From positions 9,370 through 73,369 of the forward strand of contig CAWBRE010000012.1 in NCBI GenBank assembly GCA_963791095.1: a stretch of DNA of 64,000 bases, written 5' to 3'. This DNA comes from an uncultured Solirubrobacterales bacterium. GTDB taxonomy: Bacteria; Actinomycetota; Thermoleophilia; Solirubrobacterales; 70-9. The notes under the pieces are model-generated. The model was not told where the DNA came from, made no database searches, and saw only the letters and a program-made list of their open reading frames with translations. Numbering within the stretch: position 1 is the first letter of the stretch; every line of letters begins with the position of its first letter. Both the position numbers and the translations under genes were made by a program. Positions 61,423 through 64,000 of this stretch are shown here, piece by piece.

Positions 61423-62253
61423 GTGCCGGACGACGCCGACGACCTGCGCGGCTACCACTTCCGCGAACTGCTCCACAAGCCGTTGACCTGGGTGCTGGTC
61501 GGCGGCGGCTCGCTGCTGCTCGGGATCGTGCTGGCGCTCGCCTTCAGCCCGGTGGTCGGCGCGATCGCCTTCGTCGTCGCCTTCCTCTTCGGCATCTGGC
61601 TGACCTTCAACGTCGCCGACTCGCGCGCCGCCGACGACTTCTTCCACGTCTACGCCCAGCAGCGCAACCTGACCCTCGGCGGCAAGACCTCGCTGCCGCC
61701 GATCACGCCGCTGCTGCGCAAGGGCGACGACCAGTACGCCGAGCGGACGCTGACCGGGGAAATCGCACCCGGCGTCCGCGGCATCCTCGCGACCTACACC
61801 TACGTCACCGAATCAACCGACAGCAACGGCAACACCGAGAAGACCTACCACCCGTTCACGCTCGGGATGACCGACATTCCCGAGTGCGAACCCCACGTGC
61901 CGGAGCTCTACTGCCAGCGCAAGAGCGGCCTGCGCTCGCTGGAGAAGTTCGAGGACGTCTTCCGCACCTCCAAACAGCGGGTCGAGCTGGAGAGCGAGGC
62001 GCTCGACGATCGCTACGAGATCTTCTCCGCCAAGGGCCAGGACGCGGTCTGGCTGCGGCGGCTGTTCTCCCCCACCTTCATCGTCTGGCTGACCGAAGGG
62101 GCGCCGGACAAGTTCGCCTTCGAGCTCGTCTCCGGCACCCTCGTCGCCTACGTGCGCGGTCATCACGAAGACACCGCCGACCTCGACAAGGTCGCAGCGG
62201 CGACCGTGACGGTGGCCTCGCGGCTGCGCGACGAGTCGGCCGAGACTTCGTAA
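61423..62253 (+). CDS. Hypothetical membrane protein, possibly DUF3137 family
   Basis: 276 aa. Two N-terminal TM segments, then ..VELESEALDDRYEIFSAKGQDAVWLRRLFSPTFIVWL, which resembles my recollection of DUF3137. GTG start; the frame is open further upstream. Confidence 0.5.
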   Translation: MPDDADDLRGYHFRELLHKPLTWVLVGGGSLLLGIVLALAFSPVVGAIAFVVAFLFGIWLTFNVADSRAADDFFHVYAQQRNLTLGGKTSLPPITPLLRKGDDQYAERTLTGEIAPGVRGILATYTYVTESTDSNGNTEKTYHPFTLGMTDIPECEPHVPELYCQRKSGLRSLEKFEDVFRTSKQRVELESEALDDRYEIFSAKGQDAVWLRRLFSPTFIVWLTEGAPDKFAFELVSGTLVAYVRGHHEDTADLDKVAAATVTVASRLRDESAETS

Positions 62254-62273
62254 GGCGCCCTCCGGGGATGGCT

Positions 62274-63185
62274 TCAGAAACCTGAGAGCAGGGTCCCCGC
62301 GTTGGCGATCAGTCCGGCGGCGATCATCAGCATCACCGAGGGGACGAGGACCAGGGCGACGACCAGCTGGATCTTCGGCGCGGCGCGGGCGGCCCGCTCT
62401 TCGACCGCGCGGCGACCGTCGCGACGGAGCGAGGACGCCTGGCGGCGGAGCTGGTCGGCAAGCGGCGAGCCGAAGCGCCGCGAACGCTCGATCGAGGCGA
62501 CGAGCGTCGCCAGCTCACTGCCCGGGACGCGGGCGCGCAGCGCGGCGAGGGCGGCGGTGAGCGAGGCGCCGCAGGAGAGCTCGGCGACCGCGATCCGCAT
62601 CTCCTCGGCCAGCGGTCCCTCGCCCGCCCGCGCCAGCTGGGCCAGCCCGTCGGCCGGGCCACGGCCGGAGGCGACGCTGACCGCGAGCAGGTCGAGGGCG
62701 TCGGGCAGCGCGGCGACCAGGCGGCGGCGCCGGCGGCGCGCCTCCCGCTCGAGCAACGCGTCGGGGAGGAAGAAGCCGGCGGCCGGGAGCCCGAGCGCCA
62801 CAGCGAACGCGAGCCGCCCCGGCGCCGCGGGCGCGGCGGCGACCGCGAGGATCGCCCCGAGGGTGAGCCCGGCGAATTTCGCCAGCAGTAGCGCCGGGAG
62901 CGGGAAACGCGCTTGCAGGCCGGAGCGACGCAGGCGCTCCGGGAGGTTCAGCCAGAGCGCGACGCGGGCCCAGCGCGGGTCGAGGCGCGCCCCACCCTCG
63001 CCCGGCGAGCCCCGTCGACCGCCGCCTTCGCCGCCCGACTCGGCCGGATCCGTTGCGCGGTTCGAAATCCCCCGTACAGGTGGATAAGGAACCGCGCGAC
63101 GCTGCGCCCTCGCCACCAACACCTCGCGGCCGGCGGCGAGGGCAAGCAGCGTCGCCAGCGCGAAGAGAAGGCCGACCGGGGTCAC
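62274..63185 (-). CDS. tadC: Tad pilus inner-membrane platform protein (T2SS F-domain), TadC-like
   Basis: 303 aa. LPDALDLLAVSVASG..SLTAALAAL..RRFGSPLADQLRRQA, C-terminal TMs. Contains the family D hairpin in its N-terminal loop. Confidence 0.7.
   Translation of the reverse strand: MTPVGLLFALATLLALAAGREVLVARAQRRAVPYPPVRGISNRATDPAESGGEGGGRRGSPGEGGARLDPRWARVALWLNLPERLRRSGLQARFPLPALLLAKFAGLTLGAILAVAAAPAAPGRLAFAVALGLPAAGFFLPDALLEREARRRRRRLVAALPDALDLLAVSVASGRGPADGLAQLARAGEGPLAEEMRIAVAELSCGASLTAALAALRARVPGSELATLVASIERSRRFGSPLADQLRRQASSLRRDGRRAVEERAARAAPKIQLVVALVLVPSVMLMIAAGLIANAGTLLSGF
63055..63097. repeat. Family D hairpin, copy 2, inside the tadC ORF
   Basis: GCGCGGTTC-GAAATCCCCCGTACAGGTGGATAAG-GAACCGCGC. 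It encodes PYPPVRGIS, the same peptide string (YPPVRGIS) as the copy at 30035. Confidence 0.7.
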
Positions 63186-64000
63186 TCGACCACCCGGGAG
63201 AGCCGCCGGATCGCGACGAAGCCGACGACCTGCAGGCCGGCGGCGAGGGCAAGCAGGATCGCCGAGGCGGGCGAGCCGAGCAGCTTGCCGAGGAAGCCCG
63301 GCTGGATCAGCTCGGCGAAGAGCGCGCCCCCGGTGGGCATCGCCACCACGAGGAGGCCGGTGAACCGCGCCTGGGCGGTCGCCGACTTGGCGTCTTCGGC
63401 GACCCGGTCGCGCTCTGCCGCCCCGGCGGCGAAGCGGCGCAGGAGGCCGGCCAGGTCGCCACCGGCGAGGCGCTGGCTGAGGAGCGCCGCGGCGAAGGCG
63501 TCGACCCGCTCCGAGCGCATCCGCCCGCGCCAGGCGGCGACCGCCTCGGCAGTGCCGGCGCCGAGGTCGAGCTCGGCGCCGAGCCGCGCCAGCTCGGTCG
63601 CCGGCGGCCCGTCCAGGTACAAGGCCGCAGCGGGCAACGAGGCGCGCAGCGAGCGGCCCGCGGCAAGCGAGTCGGCGACCGCGGTAGCGACTTCGGGCAG
63701 CGCCCGCTCGACCGCCGATCGGTAGCGGCGGCGCCGGCTCGAGATCGCCCAGGCGGCGACCCCCGGGCCGGCGACCGAGAGCGGTAACGCCACCTCGACC
63801 CCGCCGAGCAGCCAGCCGGCGACGATCGCCGCCGCCGCGCCGAGCGCCGCAAGGCGCCGCCGCTCGCCGGTCGAGGGCGCGTAGCCCTCCCGCCCGGCCC
63901 GGCGCAGCGGCTCCAGCGCCTGCTGCAACCAGGCCGCGACGGCCGGGCTGGCGAGGACCGCCTCCCGTGCCGCCAGCGCGAGCAGGCCGCCGGCGACGGC
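63182..64000 (-). CDS. tadB: Tad pilus inner-membrane platform protein (T2SS F-domain), TadB-like; N-terminus probably beyond the right edge
   Basis: LPEVATAVADSLAAGRSL..ERVDAFAAALLSQRLAGGDLAGLL, C-terminal TMs. The frame stays open and hydrophobic (AVAGGLLALAA) up to position 64000. Confidence 0.7.
   Translation of the reverse strand, partial: AVAGGLLALAAREAVLASPAVAAWLQQALEPLRRAGREGYAPSTGERRRLAALGAAAAIVAGWLLGGVEVALPLSVAGPGVAAWAISSRRRRYRSAVERALPEVATAVADSLAAGRSLRASLPAAALYLDGPPATELARLGAELDLGAGTAEAVAAWRGRMRSERVDAFAAALLSQRLAGGDLAGLLRRFAAGAAERDRVAEDAKSATAQARFTGLLVVAMPTGGALFAELIQPGFLGKLLGSPASAILLALAAGLQVVGFVAIRRLSRVVE

Noticed and set aside
61265-61486. N-terminal extension (MSTEERDQAEE..) fused by a frame shift to the DUF3137-like protein
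   Set aside because: The downstream frame has its own GTG at 61423 and stays open upstream. The upstream piece is low complexity with nothing conserved to anchor a shift, so the sequence alone cannot decide.

Overview
Very GC-rich (roughly 70% by eye) actinobacterial-type chromosomal segment. It is almost entirely core housekeeping genes, mostly on the minus strand.

Gene order, left to right:
- YloV-like DAK2 gene (partial), MMPL transporter, rpmB
- riboflavin operon ribD-ribE-ribBA-ribH
- GT2 glycosyltransferase plus Wzx-like flippase, CPA1 antiporter, small metallopeptidase
- rpe, Zn-ribbon ORF, rsmB-fmt-def-priA
- bPH2 membrane protein, a decayed DUF559 gene, metK, cmk-der
- aromatic amino-acid block aroH-hisC-aroG-tyrA-aroA
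- a second DUF559 gene, rluB-scpB-scpA, trpS, MFS transporter
- NHEJ pair ku plus stand-alone LigD polymerase domain, GNAT, NmrA-like
- glycine cleavage genes gcvT-gcvH-gcvPA-gcvPB
- a complete dcw cluster: mraZ-rsmH-ftsL-ftsI-murE-murF-mraY-murD-ftsW-murG-murC-murB-ftsQ-ftsZ
- a DUF3137-like membrane protein, then tadC/tadB

I recognised no rRNA, functional tRNA, CRISPR array, transposase or integrase.

Two window-wide peculiarities dominate.
1. At least 17 single-base frame disruptions, nearly all behaving as +1 insertions. They break otherwise perfectly conserved, mostly essential genes: ribE, rpe, fmt, priA, cmk, tyrA, murD, ftsI and others. This pattern looks more like sequence or assembly error than biology. 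One DUF559 gene carries five of them.
2. A dense population of long, near-perfect hairpin/palindromic repeat families, with conserved loops and co-varying stems.
   - Most copies are intergenic.
   - Several lie in frame inside ORFs: murE, fmt, the murC-murB junction (which becomes one fused ORF) and tadC.
   - A degenerate 73-nt tRNA-Pro-like segment sits in frame inside murF.

Other candidates:
- an aromatic-codon leader peptide upstream of aroG
- a structured gcvT leader
- GTGG repeats plus a long hairpin upstream of mraZ

Everything here comes from reading the sequence and ORF track by eye. No database search was possible.
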